A stretch of DNA of 61,404 bases, the filler included, from Choristocarpus tenellus KU-1152 (taxonomy: Eukaryota > Protista > Phaeophyceae): the NCBI GenBank assembly GCA_964200185.2. It is 7 parts of 7 records of this genome, joined end to end, with 100 filler letters (N's around TTAATTAATTAA, not from the genome) between each part and the next. Parts side by side here need not be neighbours in the genome. Positions count along the whole stretch, not along the records: positions 1 to 21,424 come from CAXNAD020000345.1; positions 21,525 to 32,341 come from CAXNAD020002694.1; 5 more parts are not named here. One strand, given 5' to 3'. The position numbers and the translations under genes are program-made. Numbering within the stretch: the stretch's first letter is position 1; the number at the start of each line of letters is the position of its first letter. Of this stretch, positions 13,801 to 26,071 are shown piece after piece. The notes under the pieces were generated by a model that saw only the letters and a program-made list of their open reading frames with translations, was not told where the DNA came from and did not search any database.

Positions 13801-16800
13801 TGGTGGTGTTCTTGTATCAAATTCACCCACAAATATATCAACAAGAGCATGGCTACTGTGAGTAAAAAAAAATATCCTAAAAGGCTCACATCGCTGACGC
13901 TCTCATCCTCTATCCTCCCATTCAATCAATACCTATCCCTCCCTCCCCCACCCGGAATTCTTATCCATTACAAACAAATAAACCCATCCAATTTCAACCA
14001 GCCATCAGCCCAACAATTGTCTCCAAAACACCTACAGCTCCTCTCACCAGTCGAGGTTCCCATGGTCCCAGTTGTGACCTGTCCGAGTCATTATCCCACT
14101 CAATAACAAGACATTCCCAAGGAGAATTTGGCCAGACTTCATCTCCTTGCGTGTGGCAAGAGACCTCTGCCACCCTGCCATAAAATGGTTGTAGGGTGCG
14201 ACGAGCGCCAGTCCCAGGTCCTGTTTCGGCCCCTGCCCGGGCTCCGGCAATGACGTTGTTGCTGGTGTCACCAGTTGGGCTCTCATCCTCCCATGCCATC
14301 ATGACCCGTGTATTGATCTTCCAGTCATACTGTTGGAAGAGGGGGTGCCAAGGAGGGAGAGGGGGAGAGGAAGGGGCTGCATTTAGGTAGTGATAATGGG
14401 GGGCACTTTCAGCAGCAATACAGAGGAGAAGGAACATGTAAATTTGAGCACGCACAGAGCACAACAGGTGAAGAGGAAATTGTAAGCAGCTGTAACGACA
14501 AGGGTATATTAAAATTTTTGTACGGTCCAGCCACTGTGAGCGCCCCAGGACCAGAGGAAAATATGAAGAGTCTGATGATTCTTTCCTCGAGGGCTATTAT
14601 GAAAGGGACATCAAGAAGTCGAGCCGAGGTTTGAGGAGGAACATGGCTTGCAGGGTAAAGAGGCACAAAAGAGAGACCCTTTCTGTGAGACACACAATGA
14701 TAGGTTCCCTCCATTTAGGGGTTTTGGAGAACTCCAGCCAGCACAGTATAAGCTGTATAAAGCCAACACGCAGATGGAAATCCGTCATGGCATACAAACT
14801 TGTTCACTTCCTCCTACATCATCAAATATCAACCCATGTCCACCAGGCCAGGCCCAGCGCAGCACTGCACATCTTGAATCCTCCTCTAATGATAAAACAC
14901 ACAAGGCACCCCTGCCTCCCTCACCTCTACATAACCTTATCACAGAGTTACACCGCAGTGTGACTTCAACCTACCCTTATTCATCTCACCTGGACAGCCT
15001 TCTCGTACTTGGCTTCTGGTACCAGAAAGTCTGCCTCACCACAATCACGGAGACTGACAGATAAGAGAGTACCACCACCTGGTCCATCTCCTGCTGCTGC
15101 CCCACCCCCAACCTTCACACCGTTCGAATTTTCCAGGAAAGAGTCCAAGCGGAAGGCAAAGGGGTAGTCCCCTTGGGTCTCTCCTCGGACTTGCGCCCAA
15201 TGGGGAACTGAAGGGCTAATCCTGTAGGGGAAGCCAAGGACCTGTAGCACTACGTGGCACACTACTGAGTAGCAGCCTGTGTCCTGGTAGTCCACAGGGA
15301 AGCTAAATGTCATGTGCTTGACCTTTTCAGTTACAAGTTTTTACAGAGTGGTGGGACAGAACAATGGGAATGAAGGGACAGAGTAAGGAAGGGTGGAACA
15401 GATGGGATAAGTAGGGCGATAGGTTGAAGTGGAGGGATTGGAGAATAGCGAACAAGGTAACACAAAGGAGCATGCAAATGGCCGATGTGCTTTCACCAAT
15501 GAACATCTTCATAACTTTCATATTTTTCAGACATCCATACGGACGCAGAGGTGGCAAACCCTGAGTCACAACACTTGTTCAAAAGAAATAAAAAGATGAA
15601 CAACATACCATATTCCCCACTGCCACAAGCTTCGCATCACTTCCACTGAATACAAAAAATATATACCCCTGAAATCCAAGGTTTCAGTGCCTATATCTTT
15701 AGTTTGTTCAACACAACACTTGGGTTGCAAACACAACCAAAACCTGAAAACCTAGACTCAAATAGAAGCCCCCCCCCACCCCCCCACCCCCCCCCCCCCC
15801 CCCCTGCCTTTGGTTCCCCACTTCACACTCCCAACCTCCTCCTCCCCCTCAAATCATTTCGATTGACCTGCTTCTGCATATTCTAAGTACCCCCACTTCT
15901 CCCAAAACGCACCTGGCATCGAACAACAGATGGTCGTCCCTTGAACAGCTTGTATGGTGGCTGTGTTGCCTCCGGGAAACTGTGCAAATAGCTCATATGC
16001 CCCTGAGGAAAGTACATCACAATCTCGCCCACCTGCCAACACCAAACATAAACAAGGAGAGGATGGGTGGGTGGTTGACCTTGGGAATCAGGTGCTTGCT
16101 CACTGGTCAAGGGGGGCAGGGGACAGAGCACCTAGAAATGCATATTATGCAAGCCCTTTAGATATTACAAGCACTCACAGTACCCAAGAGGGCAATCCAT
16201 GACTGAGATCAGGGGTGGAGGAGATGAACTTGTAAGCTGTGTGGATTTGGCACCCTTCCACTAAAAAGAGGCACATGCAGGATATGGTGCACAGAGTTGA
16301 CAAGCACACAGTGTAGAAGTGACCAAAGGTTGGAAGTCAGTAATGGGTACGGTTGACGCCCTCTACAACACCCACACCCCACCATAATAATCCTCACCTG
16401 AGGACAGTAGCTGTACAGCTTGCGATCCTTCAGATCCTCCATAGTGAGCCATGACCGATCCACATCAACCCCACTGCCTGCATCCCAATAATCTCCCCGG
16501 GCTGCAGTAGCACGCCTTCCATTCCCACCCCCCAGTCCCAGTCTCTTCCGATGCTTCTTGCAGTGGAAACCAGAGCTGGCAGAGGTAAAGGACCAACCAG
16601 TTGCCTCAGCACAGGGGAAGTGATAAGTCTCCCTGCATGCCTCTACAAAACAGCCAATGGTGGCCCCCTTTTCCTTACAGGCGGTACACCGCAAGAGGCG
16701 TCCACGCCGAACCTTTTTTAATGTAGGGGGGAAGGGGGAGGGGAAGGGGGAGGGGGAGGGGATGATGCATGTATGAGGTATCTGTCTGTTGGATTTGTAC

Positions 16801-19800
16801 CTCTGATTGTATTCCTTACATAACGTGAGCAAGTGCTCTGACCTCTTCCCACGAGAAAAGCATGTGCTTCCAACAAGAAAAACACTTCAAATCAGAACAG
16901 AAACTATTTGGACCCTATAAGATGTTAACCCTAACCCTAAGCATTGGAGTACTCAACATGATACATACCCACAGCATAGCCACAACTTCATCATTGCCAA
17001 TATAAATCGACCCTCAATCTCTCTCACTATACGTACACCACACCCTTGTAGTACAAGCAGCAGCGATCACATGCAATGAGCCCTATCCCTAACCCCCTCT
17101 CACTCCTCTCACCTCCACAGCAATATTGCAAAGGCGCTCTGTAGTCTCATCACGCAACACTTGGGGACTAAACAAGGCACACCCATCGTGGACCCACACC
17201 GGCCTGCCAGCATCCAGGACTGGGTGAACACCCACATTCTGCCCAGGCAAGGGGTTGGCCACAGTGTGGCCCATGTGGCAAAATGCGCACTCCAGACCAT
17301 GTCTGTCCACCAAGCGCACAGCACCCACAGCAGCCCCTGCCGCAGGTACCTCTCCCTCAGTTGTCACACCACCGGTAGAACTGCGCCTACTGCTGCTGCG
17401 GGTTCCAACTGAGTTCCTGTTGGAACCTGTACCTATACCGATACCACCACCACCCACACCAACACCTGTATCCATGTTGCTTGGGTCACCAACCTCCTCT
17501 CCATCCAGATCCGTTGCCGCCAGAGACATATCGAACTCATCAGGCACAACTCGAATACTCCCTCCCCCCCCCGACGTTATCTTCACCTTCACCTTCACCT
17601 TCACCTTCCCCTTCCCCTTCCCCTTGTTCTTGCCCTTGCTCTTGCCCTTGCCCTTGTGGTCTCTTTGTCTCTCACCGCTGCTGCTCTCACTCCCACTAAT
17701 GACTCTCACACCACGTCCCCTTTCCTCCTCCTCACCTTCACTGCTACTGCTACTAGAACTCATGGCCAAACTCCTCTCGTCGGTGTCACTCATATCCTCA
17801 GAACTGTATTCACCATCTTCAAGCATGGCCTGCAGCCGCTGCCTCGCCTCTCCACCCTTGCGCCTCTGCCCACCCACCCCCTGCTCCTGGTCCTGTTCCT
17901 CCCTCCCCCCCCCATAGTCCCTGTCCTCGTCTCTATCTCTGTTCCTATTGCGAGCTTCTCTCCGTTGCCTACGCCGCTGCGCCTGTGTGTCAGGGGACTC
18001 ATAGTCAGAGTCCTTCTCCTCACGTGAGTTATCAACATCATCAACCCAGTCCTCGTCATACACATCATCTTCGTAGACCCCTCCCCGGACCCCTCCCCCC
18101 CCGTTCCTTGTTGAGTCTAGGGTGTGCACGATGTGCGCCCCAGCAACACTAGAGCTGCCAGCCTGACTGCCCCCTTCCCCTCCCCTGCCCCCAATGCAAG
18201 AAATCTGTTGAACAGAGCTGCCATTGCCAACATCACCACCGCCACAGCCGCTCACGCGCCGAGGGGCATAGGTTCGGGACTCTGCCATTCGCTGGTGAGC
18301 CTTCAGGGTTCTACGCAGATCTGCAGCCCTAACCCGCACCTCTGTCCTGTGGAGGCTCATCTCTCTTGGGGAAAGTACTTTGGGCCCCCTCAGGCTTGCC
18401 TGAAATTTACATGCATATTATGAACCGTATGAGCATTTGTATACATGAACAAGATATGCATAGGTGTGTAAAGACAGTAAGTGTTGGCCAGAAATGTAGG
18501 GAAGTGCTAGTGTGTCGAATATCTAGTGTTATGCTTACGATGTATGTGCTGATACAAGTACATAACATAGTTTTCATGTACACTTATCTTTAGTTTGGTA
18601 CAATATAAAGTAGTAACGTGATAAACGGTACAACGAATCAGTGTTTATTCATACGTCAGTGATATTGGACAACTGGCGGGCAATAAATATTTCAGTGTAT
18701 GTTTACCATGTAACTCATCCAGCGACTTGGGGCAACGAGCCTTTCATGCGCTAAGCATATCAACATAGTGTGCTGATTGCCTTGTTAGGGGTATCACCCA
18801 TTACAAATCCCACATTATGGTTTGGGTCACGTGTTGCCCAACACCAGAGAGCACAACTGATCAATACATACAGCATACACCCATACATCACACCTCAAAC
18901 GTAACTATGTACAAGCATGACATGAAGTTGAGAACAGGTATAAAAAAAAACACTCCACCTATTCCTGAAAGTGCCCTGAACTAGACCTTTCAACAACTCA
19001 CAGATAAACAACCCTATCACACACACACAAAGTACACCACACTTTGCCTCCTGCTGCCTCCTGCCCATTGAACCACCTACCAGTCACCTTCAAATGTGAT
19101 GAAAAGGCCATGATGTTGTCTCTGGCAGGCCTCAACCCTCTTCTTCAACACACTACAGTGTGTGTACATACGACAGATAGACCTCTTGCTACAGTATCGG
19201 AGTAGTACACACAGACCATGAACTACACCCATCACATATGGCAAAGGGAAGAGATCCAATTCGAAACCAAACAGTAGAAGATAATGCAAGCAACTTCTGC
19301 ATCATTCACCACCTCCACTTCCATTCCCCTCACCCTATCTGGCTGACTCTCCTCCGGAGCAGGGTTGCCCTCAGCATCCACCACATGCCCCGTCTGGGCC
19401 AAGTGGGGGGGCTGCTGTGTGAAGGCGTCCAGCACATTATCATTTTGATCTCTCACCAAACCTCTCATATCAGAGGTGAAGTACTGCTCATGGGGGACCT
19501 GAAACGCAGACAATGCCCAAAGGAGTTCATGGTACCAACTACAGGATCAGTCGCAGTGGGAAGATAAAGTCAGGAGTAGTAAGTGGAACCAAGGTACTAT
19601 CACCACATAGAACAAGCACCGTCTCCTCAAAAAACGTACATAGCAGACACAACAAAAGGTCACACAAAATACTACCGAGCAATCACAACCACCTCAAAAG
19701 CACAAGACAAAGGAAAGGTGTCACCAGACTTGACTCAACCCCTGTATCTTTACTTGACTCTCCAACTTCACACATGCTACATATATTGAGGCGCACACAT

Positions 19801-21028
19801 ACTGGTACAACACACTCTCTACACTTTTCACAGCTTTTTTTTTCTTGTTGTCAAATCAAAACTCACCAGTTTTCCGGCTGCGGTCTCGTCCAGCCTCTGC
19901 CCAGTGCCATAAAGAGTCCATCGACCCAACTGAAAATAGGGAGGCGTTGGGGGAGATGTCAACAGGACATGAAAGCCATTCGAAAAAAAAAACAATTAAA
20001 CAATAAACAGGATTTTGTTCACAAAACTCATGAGCACACCCCCACAGGCAGAACACACTATGGTGTCCCCTACAACTACAACGGAGGATTGGCAGCATGC
20101 CAGCATGTCAACCAAGAAACAGAAACGAGTTACGAACATAGCACACAAAGCTCTTCCACTGAAGGCAGAATGGGCTCAAACAGTTGGTAAAAAGTGGTGG
20201 GGAAAGGGGGCTGAGGGGGGAGTGGACCCGTTCTCCCTAATGCCGTAACAACGACTATCAAGAAATTCACGCCTGCCAAAGTCTATTTGCAACAACAAAG
20301 TGGGTGAGCAGGACATACAAAAGAGGGCAGTAGCAGGGTCGACACTCGAGAAAAGGGTCAGTGGGAGACAATACCAGACAAACCAATGGAGACGTAACTG
20401 CCTCTACTGTTAAAACAAATAAACAGAAAATGCACACAAAGGGAGTAGGGGCATGTATCTCAGTCGGCATCAAGAAAAAAAAAAAATGTGGCCGCTGCCA
20501 AGAAAGCTTGCATAAAAAAACAAAAATTGTACCACCCTCCACTGCATTCACAGAACCAATGCTACTACCCCTACAGCAGAGTGCTGTGTGTATCTAAAAA
20601 AAAGCCCCCCCCTCAAACTTTTCACAACAGAAGAGAGAGAATAGTGCAGGCAAGGGTTGAAGCAGAGTGGAGACAGGAATGGGGCAAAAATCAAGTACGT
20701 AGAGGAACACAGGGGCAGTGCTGCACTCACAAACACAAAACCATACCGTGTCAGAAGCGGCCAGGGAGAACCCGTCGGGCGAGAAGGTAACATCCAGGTT
20801 GGGCAGGTAAGCACCATGGCGGTACATGTCTGACTGTGGTCCTCGTTCCAAGACATTGGTCCACCTTCCAGCAGTAACCCCCTTATCAAGGTTCCACATG
20901 CATACCTCCCCATCATTTGAAGCTGTGGCAAGGATGCTAGGGTCTGCTGGGTGAGGCGACACAGCTGCCACAACTGTACTGTGGATGTGAATCACATGGG
21001 CAAGAGTACCTGTGTGGCTGACCCACAC
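10817..21028 (-). CDS. BRWD/PHIP-like WD40 + extended PHD + cryptic Tudor + two-bromodomain chromatin protein, multi-exon, 5' part lost in the assembly gap
   Basis: WD40 exon 21028-20747 (VWVSHTG..HPADPSILATASNDGEVCMWNL..FSPDG). BRWD-typical linker EQYFTSDMRGLVRDQNDNVLDAFTQQPPHL..VDAEGNP (~19500-19290). ePHD at ~17270-16545. YCPQVGEIVMYFPQGH (~16400/16050) and WPNSPWECLVIEWD..LGPWE (~14050-14340). Bromodomain 1 (PFLQRVAIEDYGCVVPVPMDLGLVQRRL..DCNLIYANCAKYN, ~13600-12700). Bromodomain 2 (IFAMPV..PGYKSLVAHPRDFHTI..DLVLVFANCLTFN, ~11160-10870). Stop at 10817. Confidence 0.88.
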
Positions 21029-21424
21029 CTTAGTAGTGTTAGTAAGGAAGAACAGCCAGGGGGGGGAGGGGGGGGGAGAGATAAGGCGCAAAGCAGCGGA
21101 TTAATGAGAGGGCAAGAGAGGTTGAGTGAGGGGACACAGATCATTTTTGTTTGAGGAGTTAGTCAGCAAGGTTGGAAGCAAGGATGGAGAAAGTTCAAAA
21201 GGGGGGAACAGTTGGGGCAGGGGACACAAGGGGGCATCAAAAGGGAAGATCTGGTTGAAACAGCAAAGTTTGACCTGCAATGCTACAGTTTCATTCACCC
21301 TGAACTTAGATCAATTCTTCCTAGAACTTAGCTTAGTAAAACAACCTTTACCACATCCTGCACACAAAACATGCAGACAAAAATACCACTACCATTGTCC
21401 TTCAACACACCTATTCCATGCCCC

Positions 21425-21524
21425 NNNNNNNNNNNNNNNNNNNNNNNNNNNNNNNNNNNNNNNNNNNNTTAATTAATTAANNNNNNNNNNNNNNNNNNNN
21501 NNNNNNNNNNNNNNNNNNNNNNNN
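21425..21524. other. Artificial contig linker N44-TTAATTAATTAA-N44; identical linkers at 32342-32441, 37883-37982, 47700-47799, 50344-50443 and 56702-56801
   Basis: Six identical 100-nt spacers with a palindromic core that has stop codons in all six frames. Confidence 0.97.
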
Positions 21525-21593
21525 TTTTACAAAAGAAGCGCGAAAGAGAGTGGGGGGGGGGGGTCGGGCCCTCGGGGGTCCCCCCCCCCCCGC

Positions 21594-21628
<35 letters not shown>

Positions 21629-22185
21629 TTCTGCCCCCTGATACAAAAAAAAAAGCAGTTGAAACAACAAAACATGTCTTGTTTGGAATGAGGGTGGCAA
21701 AGGTGGAGGTTTGTATAGTTTTTTTTAATTGTTGGGAATGCAATGAGGTGTTAAGTAGGTTCAAACGGACTCTCTAGGCCATTGCTACAAAAAATGTAAA
21801 CGTTTGAGTAAAATCGAGATACAAGAGCTTTGCCTTACCAATCATTGTCAGTCTACCCCCCTCTGCAGTGTTTCTTTTCTACTGCTATGCCATTTGATGC
21901 ATCGGAATAAGCACAAAGGTTTCAGTTCACTTCATTTCAAGTACTATTTGTTTTGTGTGTTTTGTGCTTACCCCTTCCCCCCCCCCCCAGTGACTCCTTT
22001 GCAGCAGTTCTTCCCATCCTCATGATCATTGTGTGTCTGTTCCTGTTCTATCTTTGGTGGTGGTAGAAGCAGTAGTAACCAAACTTACGTCATCAGTTTT
22101 GATATGTTGATGGAGCCCTTGGGTTTGTATGTTCCCCACCCCTCTATTGTGAATCACTGCTTTGGCTACCGCCTTGGCACAATAG

Positions 22186-22392
22186 GTTGCTAAGCCACTG
22201 GACCTTGGTACAATTGAGAAACGGCGAAGGAAGGGACGCTACACCAAGAAAGGGGTACAAGGACTGCGGGAGGACTTGTCCCTTGTGTACGACAATGCTA
22301 TGGCCTACAATCAGGTAAATCGTTTTTCGCAGCTTTGTGCGTTTGATCTCTGTAGTTGTTTCCTTGGCCAGGTGTGTGATTGGTGTGAGAAA

Positions 22393-22423
<31 letters not shown>

Positions 22424-23682
22424 GTTGGGGGGGGGAGGGGGGTTGGCTTCATGCGAGGGATAGAGGTGGTTCCAACGTGTTTTGGATGCAGTTTATGGGC
22501 ACAGGTATTCCACGTTGTGCTGTTGTGAAGGTCGTCACCAACGGAAGCAGCTTTGTTGTCCTCTTATAGTAGTTGTCAGGGGAATCGCGTTGTTTGGTCA
22601 AGTAAGTGACAGACAAAGAGCGGAACGAGGCCCTTACCAAGGTATTGGAGTATATAGGTGTGGAGTTGTGTCAAACATACTGATTTTTTTGTGACCTCTT
22701 GCCTGGGTGGCGTTGCTTCTTGTCGGTGGTTATTTTATTTCTACCTGGAGTCAGTGTGGAGAATATGGCAGAGTTGAATTTATATTCTATAATAATAATA
22801 ATAATAATAATAATATCGTGATCAAAACAAAGACAAGAAAAACCAAGTGTGAAGATTGTGTCTATGGATATGATTTTCTCGCGGGTATGATTGTTGCACA
22901 TTTTTTCTACAATAAATTTCTTTCGCTGATTTTTGAACTCTTTTTTGTTTTTGTGCTAAAAAAAATATTTATTTATTTTTTTATGTTTTTATTCACGATA
23001 CAAAAATTCCACGCGGGAACGAGAGGGACCAATAGATAAAAATAAATAAATAAATATATGATGGCTTTTACCCGAACGCCTCTGCACTTGCACCAATCCA
23101 TGTCCTCACCCCTTTTGTTTGCACTCTCACTCTCAGGATGAGTCTCCTTGTTTTGTTGCTGCCCGGGCGGGGAAGCGGACTATGGAGGCCTTGCTTGCGA
23201 AGGTTGTGAAGGATGCTCCGGTGGCGGCTCTGAGAGCATCCAATGAGGGGAAGGGCAAGCCCAAGGCTAAATCTCTCAAGGGGAAGACGAAGAGCAAGTT
23301 GGAGGTAGAGGAAGGAGAGGGGGAGGAGGGGGAAATTGAGGAGGATTGGGAGGAGGAGGAAGGCGAGGTGGTCATCAATGCGAGGGTTGGGGGGAATCCC
23401 AAGGCGATGCTTAATGGCAGGGCCAAGCTTAAGGCAAGGGCAAAGGCTGAGCAATTGGCAGGGGGAGGAGGAGGGGGTGGCACAAGGTCAAGGAGTACAC
23501 GAAGAAGGGAGGCTGAGGGGGAGGATGAGGATGATGAGGGGGAGGAGGAGCCCACTAGAAGGTCCAGGCACTCACTAGGCACTAGGAGGAAACGGTCATA
23601 CAAGTTGGTAGAAGCAGCCTCTGATGGTTCAGATAGCAGCGAAGACACACCTCCTCGCTCCAAGCGCAAGAAGAGGGGATGA
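22186..23682 (+). CDS. 3' end of a bromodomain-containing protein (exons 22186-22314, 23137-23682); 5' part missing
   Basis: VAKPLDLGTIEKRRRKGRYTKKGVQGLREDLSLVYDNAMAYNQ|DESPCFVAARAGKRTMEALL is the C-terminal half of a bromodomain with the conserved YN. A charged low-complexity tail ends in the NLS-like RSKRKKRG. Splice sites are canonical phase 0. Confidence 0.8.
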
Positions 23683-26071
23683 CAGCAGAGCTACTTGCTT
23701 GCACAGCTGATTTGCCCGTTTTCGACCCTTTTCTCCCAAGAGCACACGTCGTTTAATTATCGTGCTGTAAATTCGAGGGCCTCTCTGCATGTGGCATGAT
23801 CGTCTCAGTTGGGAAGCCTTTTTGGCCCAGTCTTGTCACCGGTTGATAAAATAGGATGTGCGGGATGGAGTTTTGTTCTTGAAAATCACCTGCATGCAGC
23901 TTTTGTGAAAGTGACAAGCTTATTGCGGTCATCCTGCATTGTTGCCCAGCCTGCTTTATTTATTTATACAGGTCAAGAGATAACAAATGTTGGGGAGGCT
24001 CGGGGATGTTGCGGAATAGTGTGAGACGAACCTTGGGATTTTGATCCCAAAGTTTTGGCAGTGCTAGGAAAAAAAGAAGTAATTTTTAGAAACAATGTTT
24101 TCTTGTTCAGGATTTGTGATAAGAATGGACAAAACAAAACATGAGTATATTATTTCCCAAGCAGGCTTTGTTTTTGTTTTTATTTTTATTAGCTATAGTG
24201 CTGTCGGTATGGTGCAGTAGTTTTCGAGTGATGAAGATGGACAATTTCTCTTTTGAGGGTTCTCATGGTAGGGACAACAGTATGTATTGACAGCAATGTT
24301 GTTGGAGCGCTGATTGGCCAGGGGATGTATGTGTGTCTGCCCTACTGAGATACGTTTGCTGAGGAAAGTCTGAATTGGATGATAGCTGAGCTTTAAATAC
24401 TGTACTTGGTGCTTTTAAACAATATTACTGCAACAATAGTAGGCTTATAGAAATAGCAACCAGTTTCTACTTACTATTTTTTCTGTGAGCAGGAGGACCA
24501 GGAGGCACTAGCAACAAGTCGTTGCCCACAAACTGTGTCTGGTTCGTCTCGGCTGGTGTTAGGGAAGGGAGGGGGTTGTCTTTTGGAAAGCTTTTTTTTT
24601 GTGGGATAGTTTCATTCAGCACCTGATTTGGAAGGGTTGTGGATAAGGTGCGCATGGTGATGTTCTCAGCATCATCAATTGAGGTGATGCACTGGCCGGT
24701 AGCTCTGTGGGTTGGTCACAACTAGGCTCCAGTACCAGCACTGCTGTATGATGGTATGCTTGCTTGGTTCATCACACAACAGTTGGAAGGGAGAAGATGT
24801 TTGTAGCCTCACTACAAGGTCAATAGGTGCCACATGTACTGTAAGTAATCAAAATATTCATTTTTCAGAAAAACTCTTTGAAAACTGAAGCCTGTGATAT
24901 GATGCCATGGAGAAGAATATGCTTTTCAGTGACAAGAGAAGTTGCTAGCTAACCGTCAGGGGGGTTGCGTTACTCTGTTGGCTCAAAGACCACAAAAACA
25001 CATCTTTATCCAGGGACATACCATCACAGATCGTGAGGGTAGAAACCACCATCTGCAAATTAAGATCAAAAATGTACATAAAGTGTTAAGTAGTAAATCT
25101 TCATTTACCTACTCCCTCATGTTTTACCAGTTGCACCAGTTCAGGGTAAATTGGCTTGGCCAGTCTCCCAATCACTGGTGCAGTCCATAGCACTTCTCCC
25201 CACAGCCATGTCTACAAAATTTGAGGATGAACATATTTGAGATTCATCTTAATGCATGTTGGTAATATATTAGTGTTAATTCCTCAAGCTCCTGCTTCCA
25301 AGCGACAGGACAACTTACTACAATATTGATACACGGAAGAGAGGAGACAGTTATGGATTCATACAAATTAGTACACACACACACACACACACACACACAA
25401 ATAATTCAAAAACTAAAAACACCAAGCTGAACATCAACGTGCTTATTCAGCAGAATGCAGACATTGTGGAACCATATACAGCAAGTACTCAAAACAGCAG
25501 TTAATGATGAGCAGGACAAAGGAAACGGATATTGTCAAAGGAGTGGATTAAGCGGCCTTGTCTCTGGGTGCAGACTGCCAAACAAACCAATCCAGAAAAA
25601 AGAAAGGATTCAATTTCCAACGGCCAAATATTAATATAGGGGTCGGAGAAGTGATACGATGTTATGGCATGAAACACACTATGGTATACGAATACATATA
25701 CCATATATGAATCATGAATATGCTGTTAACGGTTTCTTATTCAGTCATACCATAAATTGCATACTAACCGCAACAATAGTTAAACCATAGCGCCGAAGTA
25801 TGTCACAGATATTTGTGTCAACATTTTTTATTATTGTTTTACATTTTCCAGCCAGTGCATGTCCCATACACACCTTGTAAACATTCAACGAGAGACAAGG
25901 GCAACTGAACAATCACATTCATCCCCAGCACCAGCGCCCGGACACAGCCCACCCACCCCTATCTCAAAAGTGCAGTCGCCTCATCCAAAAAATACCATAA
26001 TATTTGGTAGACCTTGTCATATGTACTAGACATAAAGCTATATCGTGCAACACTTTCCAAGTTGGCCTCCC

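Noticed and set aside
21469-21480. Repeated palindrome TTAATTAATTAA as a regulatory or recombination site
   Set aside because: Always centred in 100-nt N spacers, so it is an assembly linker.
24467-25220. Exon-like segments downstream of rlmN on the minus strand
   Set aside because: rlmN already terminates at 26072; no coherent ORF or homology was recognised.
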